Positions 49,717 to 59,957 of a DNA stretch of 59,957 nucleotides are shown here, piece by piece. This DNA comes from Acidobacteriaceae bacterium (GTDB taxonomy: Bacteria; Acidobacteriota; Terriglobia; Bryobacterales; Bryobacteraceae), in NCBI GenBank assembly GCA_019243205.1, contig JAFAUR010000176.1, positions 1-59,957 of the forward strand. Reading direction: 5' to 3'. The notes under the pieces were generated by a model. It did not search any database. It saw only the letters and a program-made list of their open reading frames with translations, and was not told the DNA's origin. Within the stretch, counting starts at the first letter, position 1, and the number at the start of each line of letters is the position of its first letter. A program made the translations under genes and the position numbers.

Positions 49717-50649
49717 CTAGACGAACCCGAACAGCTCGGCCGGATTTTGAACCAGGATTCGATCGCGAATAGCATTATCGTCCGTCCATCGGGCAAGCAG
49801 ATTCATCAAAGCAACGTCATTTGGCTTGTGCTTACTTGTTGGATGGGGCCAGTTCGTCCCCCAAAGCAGCCGGCCCGGAACTTCTCCAATGAACGCCCTT
49901 GCGACCGGCAGCACGTCCGCGTAATCCGGTTCACCTGATTTGCTGATCGTTTCGGCGCCGGAAAGCTTTGTCCATGCTTTTCCATTTCGCATGAGCCTGC
50001 AGAGAAGAGGTAATGCTGGATCGTTGACACGAGACACATGGCCGAAATGATCGAATACGACCTGAACGGGAAGGTTTTCCCACATTTCGGCGAATGAGAG
50101 TATTTGAACGGAAGAAGCATTCACTTGAATGTGCCATCCAAATTTCGCAATGCGCTCCGACAGTGGTCTGATCATCTCCGGTGTCGTGGCTCCGGATTGC
50201 ACCAGGTTGAATCGAATGCCACGTACGCCGCCTTTCTGAAGTAGGTTCAATTGATCGTCGGACACGGTTGTATCCACGACGGCAATTCCTAACGCAGTAT
50301 CCGTACCTAAACGACTGAGCGCATCGAGAAGGCACCTGTTATCGACGCCGTAAGTCGAAGGTTGCACCACAATACTGCGGCTCGTTCCGAGAGTTCGTTG
50401 CAGATGGCGGTAATCAGCTACGGTGGCATCGGGCGGCCGCAGCTCTGCTCTCGGGTCCGGGGGGAACCGCGAATCGTAGATGTGATGATGCGCATCCGTT
50501 GCGTGTGCCGGCACCTCGAAATCGATCCGCTCCGAATTCGATGCCTGAGATTCCGAAAGCACACGAACCTCCTCAGCCGACGCTCCAAGCGCGGCAACTC
50601 CCGAGGCACCTAACATCTTCAGGAAGAAACGGCGATGCCCATTTTCCAT
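49717..50649 (-). CDS. amidohydrolase-2 family metal-dependent hydrolase (TIM barrel), Tat-type signal
   Basis: RRFFLKMLGASGVAALGASA signal, DAHHHIYD HxH motif, and DHFGH and WGTNWPHP motifs. Confidence 0.8.
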   Translation of the reverse strand: MENGHRRFFLKMLGASGVAALGASAEEVRVLSESQASNSERIDFEVPAHATDAHHHIYDSRFPPDPRAELRPPDATVADYRHLQRTLGTSRSIVVQPSTYGVDNRCLLDALSRLGTDTALGIAVVDTTVSDDQLNLLQKGGVRGIRFNLVQSGATTPEMIRPLSERIAKFGWHIQVNASSVQILSFAEMWENLPVQVVFDHFGHVSRVNDPALPLLCRLMRNGKAWTKLSGAETISKSGEPDYADVLPVARAFIGEVPGRLLWGTNWPHPTSKHKPNDVALMNLLARWTDDNAIRDRILVQNPAELFGFV

Positions 50650-50809
50650 TTCGAGGTGGACCTTTATGGCGTCGATCCGATAATCTGCAAATTTGTAATT
50701 GACAGAATTGGTCAGACCAGTATACCATCACTTCCAGCTAAATATACTGCTGGTCTCGACCTCCTGGCATCGTGTTCTACCCATGGGCAGCCGGCAGTTA
50801 GGAGCCTCG

Positions 50810-53008
50810 ATGGTCTCGTTAACTCGCCTCTGTTGGGCGGTCGCGCTCTCTGCGCAATTCTCCTTTGCGGCACAGGATCTAGTTTTCCCTTACGGCGCCG
50901 TCTATTTCAGGAAATCGAACCCGCCTGAACCGGATTGGGAGCGCGATCACAAGAACGCAGCTCAGATCGGAATGAACATGTTCCGGCACTGGGTGATGTG
51001 GTCCGCCGTAGAAATTGCGCCGGGTCAATATGACTGGCGAGACTACGACCGCATGCTTGATCTGGAAGGGCGCTACGGCATAAAGGCGGTGCTTGCCGAA
51101 ATGGTGACCGCCGCGCCGGAATGGGCCTTCCGCATGTATCCAGAGGCTCGCTTTGAGGCACAGGACGGGTACAAAGGCGTCCCCGAATACTCCGGTTCCA
51201 GTGCGACCGGAGGGTTTCCGGGATTGTGCCTTGACAACCCCGATGTTCGTGCCCGTGCAGGGGCATTTTTGAAAGCCCTCGCGACCAGATACAAGGATAA
51301 TCCCGCCCTCTATGGTTACGACTTGTGGAACGAAGGCAACACGAGCGGCGGTGCGGGCGTTTACTTTCAGACCGCATCGAGTGCTTACATCCCGAATGAA
51401 CATCACGGCACCGGAGTTGGGCGCATGTATTGTTACTGCCCGGCATCCATAGCGGAGTTCCGAAAATGGCTGGAGAAAAAATACGGCAGCTTAGATGAAT
51501 TGCGGAAAGCATGGCGGCGTTACAGCTTCGCCGACTGGAAAGACGTTCAGCCGTCCCGCACTGGGGGGCCGTATCCTGATTGGCTCGATTGGGTGGAGTT
51601 CAAAGAGGATCGCGCGCACGAACTGCTCCGCTGGCGTAAAGAAATAATCCGCTCGGTTGACACGAAAAACAAGATCACGATGCATGGGCTCGCTTATGCG
51701 ATCGAGTTGCTGCCGAGCGCTTCCGCGAACGATTGGCGCGCTGCCGCCGAGGTCGACAGTTACGGTTTTACCTGGGTAAACGCGCGCAAGGGGAACGAGC
51801 CATGGAAGCAGTATCACGCGGTTGACCTCGTTCGCGCCGCTTCGCGCGGCAAGCCGTTTTGGCATGCCGAAATGCAGGGCGGTCCTCTTTGGCTCGCATC
51901 CGAAGTAACGAACCGGCCGCTGGAGGATGCTCGGAAGCCCGACGCCGACGATGTTCGCGTATGGAACCTGGTCTCGATGAGTGGCGGCGTTAGTGGCGTG
52001 CTTTATTTGCGCTATCGACCTCTATTGGACGGTCCGCTATTCGGCGCATTTGGCCCCTTTGCGATGGATGGTTCGCCCACGCCGCGATCGGAAATGGCGG
52101 GTAAGTTTGCGAAGTGGGCAAACGCAAATCCGGATCTTTGGAAATCCCCTCCCGTGAAGGGAGATATCGCCATCGTTTTCGTTCCGGAAGCAGAACGGTT
52201 TAACTACGCGCAGCAGGGCAACACATCTTATTACGCAACTTCAGCACGCGGCGCTTACAAAGCATTCTTCGACTCAGATATTCAACCTGATTGGGTGCAC
52301 ATCGACAACATCGAAGAATACCGCGCCGTCTATCTGCCCTACCCGGTTATGGTGACCGCAAAAACTGCTGCGAAACTGCGAGCTTATGTACAGAACGGCG
52401 GCACGCTCATCAGTGAAGGCCTTCCCGGGTACTTCGGTGATGGTGGCCATGCAGGCGCGACCCAGCCGAATCTCGGGCTACAGGACGTGTTCGGAGCGAC
52501 GGAGCAGGATGTGGACTTCACACCCGACCTGCTCGAAAATCTCACTCTGCGGGTAGACGGTCACACCATCGGGGGCCGCTACTTCAAACAGGTCTATCGT
52601 CCCACGACGGGAAAAGCGATAGGACAGTACGCGAACGGCTCGGTTGCGGCGGTTCAAAACCGTTTCGGAAAAGGAACCGCCATCCTGATCGGCACATTCC
52701 CAGGGGCTTCTTATTTCAAGAAGCCGACCGAGGAGGCGCGAGCGTTGTTTCAGAGTCTGCTTCCGGAGAAGCAACACGTGACTGTCAGTGACTGTCAGGT
52801 AACAGCGCGGCTGCATCAGGGGTCCGGCGGCAGCTTTCTTTGGGTCGTGAACCCTACGCGTGATCCAAAGTCCGTTTCGATTCACGTAAATAAGGGAGCG
52901 TGGAAATCGGGTACGGACATGTGGGGCGGCAACAACGCGCAAGTAAACGGTGACAGCATTCGTGTCACTGTCCCGGAAAGAGATGGCGTTGTTTTGCGAT
53001 TGGAATAA
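50810..53008 (+). CDS. GH42 beta-galactosidase-family glycoside hydrolase, exported (paralogue a)
   Basis: FPYGAVYFRKSNPP..FRHWVMWSAVEIAPGQYDWRDYD..AAPEW..YDLWNEG matches the GH42 N-terminal TIM barrel. The start is chosen at MVSLTRLCWAVALSAQFSFA; the ORF opens at 50699. Confidence 0.85.
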   Translation: MVSLTRLCWAVALSAQFSFAAQDLVFPYGAVYFRKSNPPEPDWERDHKNAAQIGMNMFRHWVMWSAVEIAPGQYDWRDYDRMLDLEGRYGIKAVLAEMVTAAPEWAFRMYPEARFEAQDGYKGVPEYSGSSATGGFPGLCLDNPDVRARAGAFLKALATRYKDNPALYGYDLWNEGNTSGGAGVYFQTASSAYIPNEHHGTGVGRMYCYCPASIAEFRKWLEKKYGSLDELRKAWRRYSFADWKDVQPSRTGGPYPDWLDWVEFKEDRAHELLRWRKEIIRSVDTKNKITMHGLAYAIELLPSASANDWRAAAEVDSYGFTWVNARKGNEPWKQYHAVDLVRAASRGKPFWHAEMQGGPLWLASEVTNRPLEDARKPDADDVRVWNLVSMSGGVSGVLYLRYRPLLDGPLFGAFGPFAMDGSPTPRSEMAGKFAKWANANPDLWKSPPVKGDIAIVFVPEAERFNYAQQGNTSYYATSARGAYKAFFDSDIQPDWVHIDNIEEYRAVYLPYPVMVTAKTAAKLRAYVQNGGTLISEGLPGYFGDGGHAGATQPNLGLQDVFGATEQDVDFTPDLLENLTLRVDGHTIGGRYFKQVYRPTTGKAIGQYANGSVAAVQNRFGKGTAILIGTFPGASYFKKPTEEARALFQSLLPEKQHVTVSDCQVTARLHQGSGGSFLWVVNPTRDPKSVSIHVNKGAWKSGTDMWGGNNAQVNGDSIRVTVPERDGVVLRLE

Positions 53009-53028
53009 CGACGCAAGGAGAGGATCTC

Positions 53029-56000
53029 GTGTTAACAGGAATTCGAATATTAGCTGTTTGTGTTTTGTTGGGATCAATCGCCCGGGGTCAGGTGTCGTCC
53101 GGGACAATCGTCGGTGTCGTGGAGGACGTTAGCGGGGCTGTTGTCGCAGGCGCGCGAATTACCATCCGAGAAGTCACGACAGGTGAATCGCGCGATGTGC
53201 AAACGAACCAGGTGGGTGAGTTCACCGCAACCTTTTTGAAGCCCGGCAACTACGCCGTAACCGCTTCGGCTAGCGGTTTCAAATCGAAAGCACTCACCGG
53301 CGTGACGCTGGAAGTTGACCAGACAGCTAATCTGAGGATTCAGGTCGAGCTTGGGTCGCCCACCGAGACGGTGGAAGTGACGGGTGCCGCACCGCTGGTT
53401 GACTCCGCCACCTCCTCGCTGGGCCAGGTTATCGAAAACAAGCAAATCGTCGATCTGCCCCTGAACGGTCGAAATCCGTTTGCGCTTGGATTGTTGTCCG
53501 GCAACACGACGCCGATGTTCGGCATGGGATCGAACCTACCCTTCATCGCCGGCGGCGGCCGTTTCTCTGCGAATGAAGTCACGCTCGATGGCGTGGACAA
53601 CAACACGGTCTCTAACGCCGGAGCTATCGGCAGAAATGGCATAGCATTTACGCCATCTGTCGATGCCGTACAGGAATTCAAGGTCAAGACCAGCACGTTC
53701 TCGGCCGAGTTCGGCCATGCCGCCGGAGCCGTCATAAACGCAACTGTCAAGAGCGGCACCAACGAGTTTCACGGGACGGTATTTGAATTTCTGCGGAACA
53801 ACAACCTGGATGCAAACAACTTCTTTACCAATGCGGCCGGTCAGCCTCGCGCTCCGTTTCATCAGAATCAGTTTGGCTTTGCCGCGGGCGGGCCGGTAGT
53901 TTTGCCGAAGCTCTACAACGGACGGAACCGCACATTCTTCTTTGCTGATTACCAAGGCACTCGACAGAGTACGTCCGCAGGCAGTTCGATTACCGATGTT
54001 CCCCCCGCGGCGTTACGGTCAGGAGATTTCTCAAAAGTCAGCACAATCATCTACGACCCGGCGTCGCGGCATATAGGTCCCACAGGGTTGGTCATCGCAA
54101 CACCGTTCGCAGGCAATATCATTCCGCAGAATCGCATCAACACCAGCGCGAGCGCAATTACGTCACTCATCCCTCTCCCCAACTTTGGAAGCGCGGGCGC
54201 CCTGGCCCGAAACTACTTTTATCAGCCAAGCCAATTCTCAAACACAGATCAAGGCGATATCCGCGTAGACCAAGCCATCTCATCGAAGAACAATTTCTAT
54301 GCTCGATTTTCGATCGGTGCAAACGCACAACCGGCTGTCGGCACTTTTCCGGGCTTTATTGGCGGCGGCACATCGTCTATTAATAACAGCGCCCAAGGTG
54401 TGATTTCAGACGTACACATATTCACTCCGGCATTGATCAATGAATTCCGGTTCGGCTATGTCCGTCATAACGGAAGCTTATATGGAACGGGCCAGAACGG
54501 CGTTTCTTTTGCGCAAGAGCATAACGTCGCACTGTTTCCGGCGCCGCTGCTCGGATTTCCTAGCATCGCCTTCAATTACTCAGGCCAACTTTCAGGCACT
54601 TCGGAGTTCTCCGGATGGGGCGGTGGGGATCCGAACCTGAACATAGAGAACCGGTTCCAGTGGTCAGACAACGTCAGCTGGACCAGAGGGGCGCACGCTC
54701 TCAAGTTCGGCGCTGATATCCGGCGCGCCCGTTTCGACACCTTGAAGGGGACGCCATTCTTTGGGCAGGAGATCTATGGAGCCACCTTTACCTCGAGTTC
54801 CAATGCGCCCGGGTCAGGTTTGCCCTTTGCGGACTTTCTTTTGGGATACCCCAGCTTCATTCAGGGGACGCCCATGCTCGATTGGGGACGGCAGCGCAGC
54901 ATCTACACCGGTTTGTTTGCTCAAGATGACTGGAAGGTGACAAAGAACCTGACGCTGAATCTCGGTTTACGGTATGAGCTATTCACTCAACCCGTTGATG
55001 CTCGCAATCTCGGCAGTCTGTTCAATATTGCCACGGGGCAGTACGCGTTGCCAGGTAAAGGCGGGTATTCGCGAGCCATCGTCGATGGAGATCACAACAA
55101 TTTTGGACCGCGGGCGGGGTTTGCATGGCAGGCTCTTCCGAAGCTCGTGGTCCGAGGCGGCTACGGCCTGTTTTACGGCGAGCGAGATCAGAATCAGCAA
55201 GTCACTCAGTTCTCAGGGAATCTGCCGAACGTGCCCACCGTGTCATTGCCAAGCGTATCCGCGACGCAAACTGTAGCTCCGCCGTTTACTATCAACACCC
55301 CAATCAACGTGGTTCCAACCGATCCATCGCTCGCCTCTTTCACGCCCGCCAGTCCATTTGTCGGCACAATACGTACGGCTGGATTTCACGATGCTCGCGA
55401 CCCGATGCTACACCAATTCAATGTTGACCTGCAATACCAGGTCACTTACTCCATTCTTCTTGAGGCATCCTATAGCGGGGCGCTCGGTCGTGATCTTTCG
55501 TCGCTTTTCATCAACGAAAATCAAATTCCGTTTTCTCAGGCGCTGACGGGGGCCAATAAACAGGTAAACCGGCCGTACCCCAACATCAACGGAACGGTGC
55601 TGACGACATTTTCAACCGCCAGCAACGATTACAATGCGGTCAATTTCCGAATGGAAAAGCGCACCACGAAAGGGCTCGCTTTACTGATCAACTATACGAT
55701 TCAGAAGAACCTGGAATCCGGCGGCGCGGGACCCGACGCTTATGTCCAAAACGGTGGAACCAGCGTAGCCATGGACACTTACAATCTCTCGAGAGAGCGC
55801 TCCTACGCTCCTATCGATGTCCCGCAGATCTTCTCCGGAAGTGCTGCGTATGAGCTGCCGTTCGGACCCGGAAAACGCTGGCTGACGCGGGGAGGGGTAT
55901 CTGGCAAGATCCTCGGTGGCTGGCAGATCAACACGATCATCACTCTGCGCGGCGGCTTCCCCACCGATATTCGAACGAACGTGTTGCCGCCGATCTTCAA

Positions 56001-56427
56001 CACTTTCAACGTCGCTGATCGCGTGATCGGACAATCGATGGTGCTGAGTAATGCAGGCGTCGACGGATATTTCAATCCAGCGGCATTCCGTGTTCCCGGT
56101 ACGGTCCCGAGTGCAACGGGTGCGCCGATTCAGCTATTCGGTGATGCCGCGCGTCGCGTTGCACGCGGCCCGGGATCGACAAACGCCGATGTATCTATAT
56201 TCAAGAACACCAATCTCGGTGAGCGAGCAATGCTCCAGTTCCGCGCAGAGTTTTTCAATTTTACAAACACGCCAACGTTCTTCCTACCTTCGGCAAATAG
56301 TCCCACCCTGACGTGCATCGGTTCGCCGGGAAGCGCGTGTAACGCAAACAATCCCGCCTTTGGCACGCTTTCGAATGGCACCGCGACGGGAAGGCAGATC
56401 CAGTTCGGATTGAAGCTCTATTTTTAA
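53029..56427 (+). CDS. TonB-dependent receptor with N-terminal carboxypeptidase-regulatory-like domain
   Basis: 1132 aa. Signal peptide, GTIVGVVEDVSGAVVAGARITI..NYAVTASASGFK, plug and barrel, ending in LKLYF. Paralogous to 19519..22992. Confidence 0.9.
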   Translation: MLTGIRILAVCVLLGSIARGQVSSGTIVGVVEDVSGAVVAGARITIREVTTGESRDVQTNQVGEFTATFLKPGNYAVTASASGFKSKALTGVTLEVDQTANLRIQVELGSPTETVEVTGAAPLVDSATSSLGQVIENKQIVDLPLNGRNPFALGLLSGNTTPMFGMGSNLPFIAGGGRFSANEVTLDGVDNNTVSNAGAIGRNGIAFTPSVDAVQEFKVKTSTFSAEFGHAAGAVINATVKSGTNEFHGTVFEFLRNNNLDANNFFTNAAGQPRAPFHQNQFGFAAGGPVVLPKLYNGRNRTFFFADYQGTRQSTSAGSSITDVPPAALRSGDFSKVSTIIYDPASRHIGPTGLVIATPFAGNIIPQNRINTSASAITSLIPLPNFGSAGALARNYFYQPSQFSNTDQGDIRVDQAISSKNNFYARFSIGANAQPAVGTFPGFIGGGTSSINNSAQGVISDVHIFTPALINEFRFGYVRHNGSLYGTGQNGVSFAQEHNVALFPAPLLGFPSIAFNYSGQLSGTSEFSGWGGGDPNLNIENRFQWSDNVSWTRGAHALKFGADIRRARFDTLKGTPFFGQEIYGATFTSSSNAPGSGLPFADFLLGYPSFIQGTPMLDWGRQRSIYTGLFAQDDWKVTKNLTLNLGLRYELFTQPVDARNLGSLFNIATGQYALPGKGGYSRAIVDGDHNNFGPRAGFAWQALPKLVVRGGYGLFYGERDQNQQVTQFSGNLPNVPTVSLPSVSATQTVAPPFTINTPINVVPTDPSLASFTPASPFVGTIRTAGFHDARDPMLHQFNVDLQYQVTYSILLEASYSGALGRDLSSLFINENQIPFSQALTGANKQVNRPYPNINGTVLTTFSTASNDYNAVNFRMEKRTTKGLALLINYTIQKNLESGGAGPDAYVQNGGTSVAMDTYNLSRERSYAPIDVPQIFSGSAAYELPFGPGKRWLTRGGVSGKILGGWQINTIITLRGGFPTDIRTNVLPPIFNTFNVADRVIGQSMVLSNAGVDGYFNPAAFRVPGTVPSATGAPIQLFGDAARRVARGPGSTNADVSIFKNTNLGERAMLQFRAEFFNFTNTPTFFLPSANSPTLTCIGSPGSACNANNPAFGTLSNGTATGRQIQFGLKLYF

Positions 56428-56444
56428 GCGCAAGAGGTCCTGAT

Positions 56445-58607
56445 TTGCGACTACTCAGAACCCTACTGATTCTCGGCGCTGTTGCCCAAATAGGCCGCGC
56501 GGCGGCACCCAGCGAGGCTAAACCGGTATTCCCGTACGGTGCCGTTTACTTCCGTAAATCGAATCCACCGGAATCGGATTGGGCGCGCGATCACGCGACC
56601 GCGTCTCGCATCGGAATGAATACGTTTCGCCACTGGTTTATGTGGTCGGCCATCGAAGTTGGACCAGGCAAGTACGACTGGCGCGACTACGACCGAATGA
56701 TGGACCTCGCCGCGCAGAACGGAATCAAAGTTGTCATCGCCGAGCTCATAACCGCTGCGCCCGAATGGTTGTTTCACAAGTATCCACAAGGCCGTTATCT
56801 CGCAAGTGACGGAACCGTACTGAACAGCAGCATCGGCGGGAGTAGCGCAACCGGCGGTTTCCCCGGATTATGTCTCGACAATCCCGAGGTGCGTGCGGAA
56901 GCCGAGAAGTTTCTGGTCGCGCTCGTCGAACGCTACCGCAATCACCCGGCGCTACTTGGCTACGATCTCTGGAACGAGAACACGTATTTGGGTGGCAATC
57001 CTCGAAAGATGTACTGCTACTGCGACGCTACCAAGCGCAAGTTACGAGAGTGGCTTCGGCATCGCTATGGAACGCTGGAACAAACCGCCCGTGTTTGGAA
57101 CCGGTACAGCTATTCGACCTGGGACGATGTTGAACCGCCCTACGATTTCGGAGGATATCCCGATAGCCTCGACTGGCTGCAGTTCCGCATCGATGATGCG
57201 TTCGATCTCCTCCACTGGCGATCCGAGCTCTTTCGCAAACTCGACGGAAAGCATTTGGTCACGGCGCATGGCGTAGCGGGAACACTCGAGTCATTGCCCT
57301 CAAACGCACATGACGAATGGCGATCAGCATCCGAAGTCGACACTTGGGGTTTCACTTTCGTCGCATCCCGCAAAGGTGACGAGCCATGGAAGCAGTTTCA
57401 GGCCGTCGATCTTGTCCGCGCGGGCGCTCATGGGAAGCCATTCTGGCATGCGGAAGCCGAAGGCGGCCCGCTGTGGATGCAGCCGCAGGTGATTCACCGC
57501 CCCCGTGACGATGGGCGCATTCCCGACGCCAACGACGTTAGACTCTGGAACTTGGTATCGTGCGCGGGCGGAGCCACGGGCATTCTGTATCCGCGCTGGC
57601 GGCCCCTTCTTGATGGACCTTTGTTTGGCGCTTTCGGCCCATTTGCGATGGATGGTTCCGTGACACCGCGTGCCGAAATGGCCGGCAAATTTGCACGTTG
57701 GGCAAATTCCCATCCAGACATCTGGAAATCGCCTGCTGTCAAGGGCGATGTGGGCCTGGTTTTCATTCCTGAATCGGAGATGTTTAACTACGTCCAGCAG
57801 GGTGACACCAACTTCTATGCCGAATCGATCCGGGGCGCTTATCAGGCCTTCTTCGATTCCAATATTCAGGCTGACTTCGTTTCACTCGATGACATAAGTC
57901 AATACAAACTGATCTATGTGCCCTACCCCCTCATGTTGAAGCAAGAGAGCGTTGCGAAACTGCGCGCCTACGTGGCAGCGGGCGGAACGCTGGTTAGCGA
58001 AGGGCTGCCGGCATATTTTGGTGATCACGGTCACGCCGGTACTACGCAGCCCAACTACGGACTAGACCAGGTATTCGGAGCGCGCGAGCAATACGTGGAG
58101 TTTACACCCGACCTTTTAGACAAGCTTGTTGTTGAAGTAAACAGCCGTTCGATTTACGGTCGTTACTTCCTCCAAGAGTTTGAGGCTGTCGGTGGCCACC
58201 CGGTTGGACATTATCAAAACGGACATATCGCAGCCGTCGAAAATCGCTACGGTAAGGGACGGACGCTTTTGATTGGTACGTTTCCAGGGGCTGGTTACTA
58301 CCTTCATCATGCTTCTGAATCGAAGGCATTCTTCGCGGATTTGCTGAAGCTGGCCAACGTGCAGCAACACGTTCGCGTCGACAATACGGAGGTCCAGGCA
58401 CGCCTCCATACTGGTCCAGGCGGCAATTACCTCTGGATCACAAATCCAACCAGGAATTCCAAGACGATCACTGCCTCCACCTATGGCGATGGGTCAGAGT
58501 TTCACTCGCCCGTCGACGTATGGGAAGAACGGAGCATTTCGGTGAACCGTCGCGATTTAAAGGTCACAGTAGACGCTCGCGATGGCGCTGTCATTGCTCT
58601 CCGTTGA
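56445..58607 (+). CDS. GH42 beta-galactosidase-family glycoside hydrolase, exported (paralogue b)
   Basis: Signal peptide. Collinear by eye with 50810..53008 (FPYGAVYFRKSNPPESDW..FMWSAIEVGPGKYDWRDYD..YDLWNEN). Confidence 0.9.
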   Translation: MRLLRTLLILGAVAQIGRAAAPSEAKPVFPYGAVYFRKSNPPESDWARDHATASRIGMNTFRHWFMWSAIEVGPGKYDWRDYDRMMDLAAQNGIKVVIAELITAAPEWLFHKYPQGRYLASDGTVLNSSIGGSSATGGFPGLCLDNPEVRAEAEKFLVALVERYRNHPALLGYDLWNENTYLGGNPRKMYCYCDATKRKLREWLRHRYGTLEQTARVWNRYSYSTWDDVEPPYDFGGYPDSLDWLQFRIDDAFDLLHWRSELFRKLDGKHLVTAHGVAGTLESLPSNAHDEWRSASEVDTWGFTFVASRKGDEPWKQFQAVDLVRAGAHGKPFWHAEAEGGPLWMQPQVIHRPRDDGRIPDANDVRLWNLVSCAGGATGILYPRWRPLLDGPLFGAFGPFAMDGSVTPRAEMAGKFARWANSHPDIWKSPAVKGDVGLVFIPESEMFNYVQQGDTNFYAESIRGAYQAFFDSNIQADFVSLDDISQYKLIYVPYPLMLKQESVAKLRAYVAAGGTLVSEGLPAYFGDHGHAGTTQPNYGLDQVFGAREQYVEFTPDLLDKLVVEVNSRSIYGRYFLQEFEAVGGHPVGHYQNGHIAAVENRYGKGRTLLIGTFPGAGYYLHHASESKAFFADLLKLANVQQHVRVDNTEVQARLHTGPGGNYLWITNPTRNSKTITASTYGDGSEFHSPVDVWEERSISVNRRDLKVTVDARDGAVIALR

Positions 58608-58717
58608 CTCAGAGTATTGAAGTGGCTCGTCGACGCAAATGATAGCCGGTGAGTGGATGTGATGTTGAGCTGAGCGGAGCGGCAAGTAAAATAGTCAACT
58701 GCTTGATCTGAGGAGCG

Positions 58718-59957
58718 ATGGTTCGATTCCATTCTTACGTGCTGCTGGTTCTGCTGGGCGCGGCCCAACCAATCCCCGCCCAGCGCGCGCCCATCATCCG
58801 GCAACTCACTTTCACTCCCTATGATTCGAGTGATATCTATGACGTCGGGGAAACGGTCGGTTGGACGGTGACACCGGGTCCCGTCTCGCCCACTTACCGC
58901 TACCAATGGATCATTCGACGGAACAATGCTGTCGTTCTCAAGGAAGGGAAACTCGACTTGTCTTCCGGGAGCGACAAGATAGAAATCGTCGGCGATCAGC
59001 CAGGCATGCTCTATGTCGCCATCGAGCCTTACGGCGAGCTTGCTCCGAATGACAGGGCTCTCCCGAGTTCTCGGCAACCGGCTTCAGATAGCAAGCCCGC
59101 CCCCGCGTACATCGGTGGCAATACCGGGCGTAACAACGGATTGTATGCGGTCGGAGCAGCGGTTGCGCCTACAAAAATTGGGCTCTCGACACCGTCTCCA
59201 TCCGATTTCGATGCCTTTTGGGACGGCAAACTGGAGGCACAGGCGAAGATCCCGATCAATCCCCTGTTATCGCCGGTCGAGGCTGACGTGCCAGGCGTAG
59301 ACATGAGTATGTTCGTTCTGGACGCGTTAGGATCGCATGCGCACGGCTATGTCGCCAAGCCGGCCAAACCGGGCAGGTTTCCCGCGGTGATCCAATTGCA
59401 GTACGCCGGCGTGTATGCACTCAATGCTCATGCGGACGCCGTGCGCGCCGCCCAAGGCTGGCTTCTGCTCAATGTTGACTCGCATGACAAGTCACCGGCT
59501 GATCCATCCGGCAACATTCCACGGAACTACCAGACAATCGGCAACACAGATCGCGACAAGTCGTATTTCCTGAATATGTATCTGCGAGATTCGAGAGTGC
59601 TCGACTATCTGCTGACTCGACCCGATTGGGATGGCACGACTATTGTCGTGATGGGTGGCAGCATGGGTGGGCAACAGAGTCTCGCGCTCGCTGGTCTTCG
59701 CCCCGAGAAAATAAGCGCGGTACTCGTTTGCGTTCCGGCCGGCGCGGATACAAACGGCAATCTCCACGGACGCAAAGCGGGCTACCCGAACTGGCCCTCC
59801 GACAACCCGGACGCGATGAAAACGGCACTGTACTTCGACACCGTGAACTTCGCTTCACGAATTAAAGCCCCGGTTCTGGCAGGTATGGGCTTCATCGATA
59901 CCGTTTCTCCGCCCGCCGGGATTTGGACGTTGCTGAATCAGATTCCTGGCCCCAAAG
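58718..59957 (+). CDS. acetyl xylan esterase-like (CE7/AXE1-type) alpha/beta hydrolase, exported; 3' end outside window
   Basis: Not in the ORF track because it runs off the window. AGGAG RBS, ATG at 58718, signal MVRFHSYVLLVLLGAAQPIPAQ. The frame is open to 59957. Nucleophile elbow VVMGGSMGG. Confidence 0.8.
   Translation, partial: MVRFHSYVLLVLLGAAQPIPAQRAPIIRQLTFTPYDSSDIYDVGETVGWTVTPGPVSPTYRYQWIIRRNNAVVLKEGKLDLSSGSDKIEIVGDQPGMLYVAIEPYGELAPNDRALPSSRQPASDSKPAPAYIGGNTGRNNGLYAVGAAVAPTKIGLSTPSPSDFDAFWDGKLEAQAKIPINPLLSPVEADVPGVDMSMFVLDALGSHAHGYVAKPAKPGRFPAVIQLQYAGVYALNAHADAVRAAQGWLLLNVDSHDKSPADPSGNIPRNYQTIGNTDRDKSYFLNMYLRDSRVLDYLLTRPDWDGTTIVVMGGSMGGQQSLALAGLRPEKISAVLVCVPAGADTNGNLHGRKAGYPNWPSDNPDAMKTALYFDTVNFASRIKAPVLAGMGFIDTVSPPAGIWTLLNQIPGPK

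Noticed and set aside
58711-58740. GGTTCGATTCC, which resembles a tRNA T-arm/T-loop, at 58719-58729
   Set aside because: No complementary acceptor stem, D-arm or anticodon arm can be built from the upstream 70-80 nt. The motif lies inside a well-supported CDS start (AGGAG RBS plus signal peptide). It is most likely coincidental.

Overview
This 59,957-bp window is bacterial and moderately GC-rich. The two very large TonB-dependent receptors with N-terminal carboxypeptidase-regulatory-like domains, and the many exported glycan-degrading enzymes, suggest Acidobacteriota; that is inference, not a computed result. Three parts can be distinguished. (1) 1-23.9 kb is ordinary core genome: a FixG/FixH-like pair, a CrtI-like oxidoreductase, a recO-glyQ-glyS-ppdK run on the minus strand, efp, GTP-dependent PEPCK, adk, an S10 peptidase, a TonB-dependent receptor and a Hyi-like isomerase. 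(2) 23.9-25.3 kb is a decayed mobile-element patch, with scrambled group II intron reverse-transcriptase pieces fused to a truncated DDE transposase. It is followed by a carboxylesterase, a GH13 enzyme and then the main point of interest. That is a ~12.8-kb minus-strand RiPP cluster (29.2-42.0 kb) of the thiazole/oxazole (TOMM / linear azole) type. It encodes a 129-aa precursor whose core reads SCCCCCTPCCSCCS. The precursor is flanked by two complete cyclodehydratase-C / YcaO / SagB-dehydrogenase triads, and the second triad has altered catalytic motifs. Upstream are two B12-binding radical SAM enzymes, an LCMT-type SAM methyltransferase, an alpha/beta hydrolase and a Rieske non-heme-iron oxygenase. 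Most genes in this cluster are translationally coupled by overlapping start and stop codons. (3) 42.4-60 kb holds a Mo-cofactor sulfite-oxidase-like enzyme, a GH29 fucosidase, two amidohydrolases and a GH42-receptor-GH42-esterase glycan-utilisation locus. I found no rRNA, tRNA or CRISPR array. All protein calls rest on motifs I recognised by eye in the supplied translations. Start codons are approximate and no database search was run.
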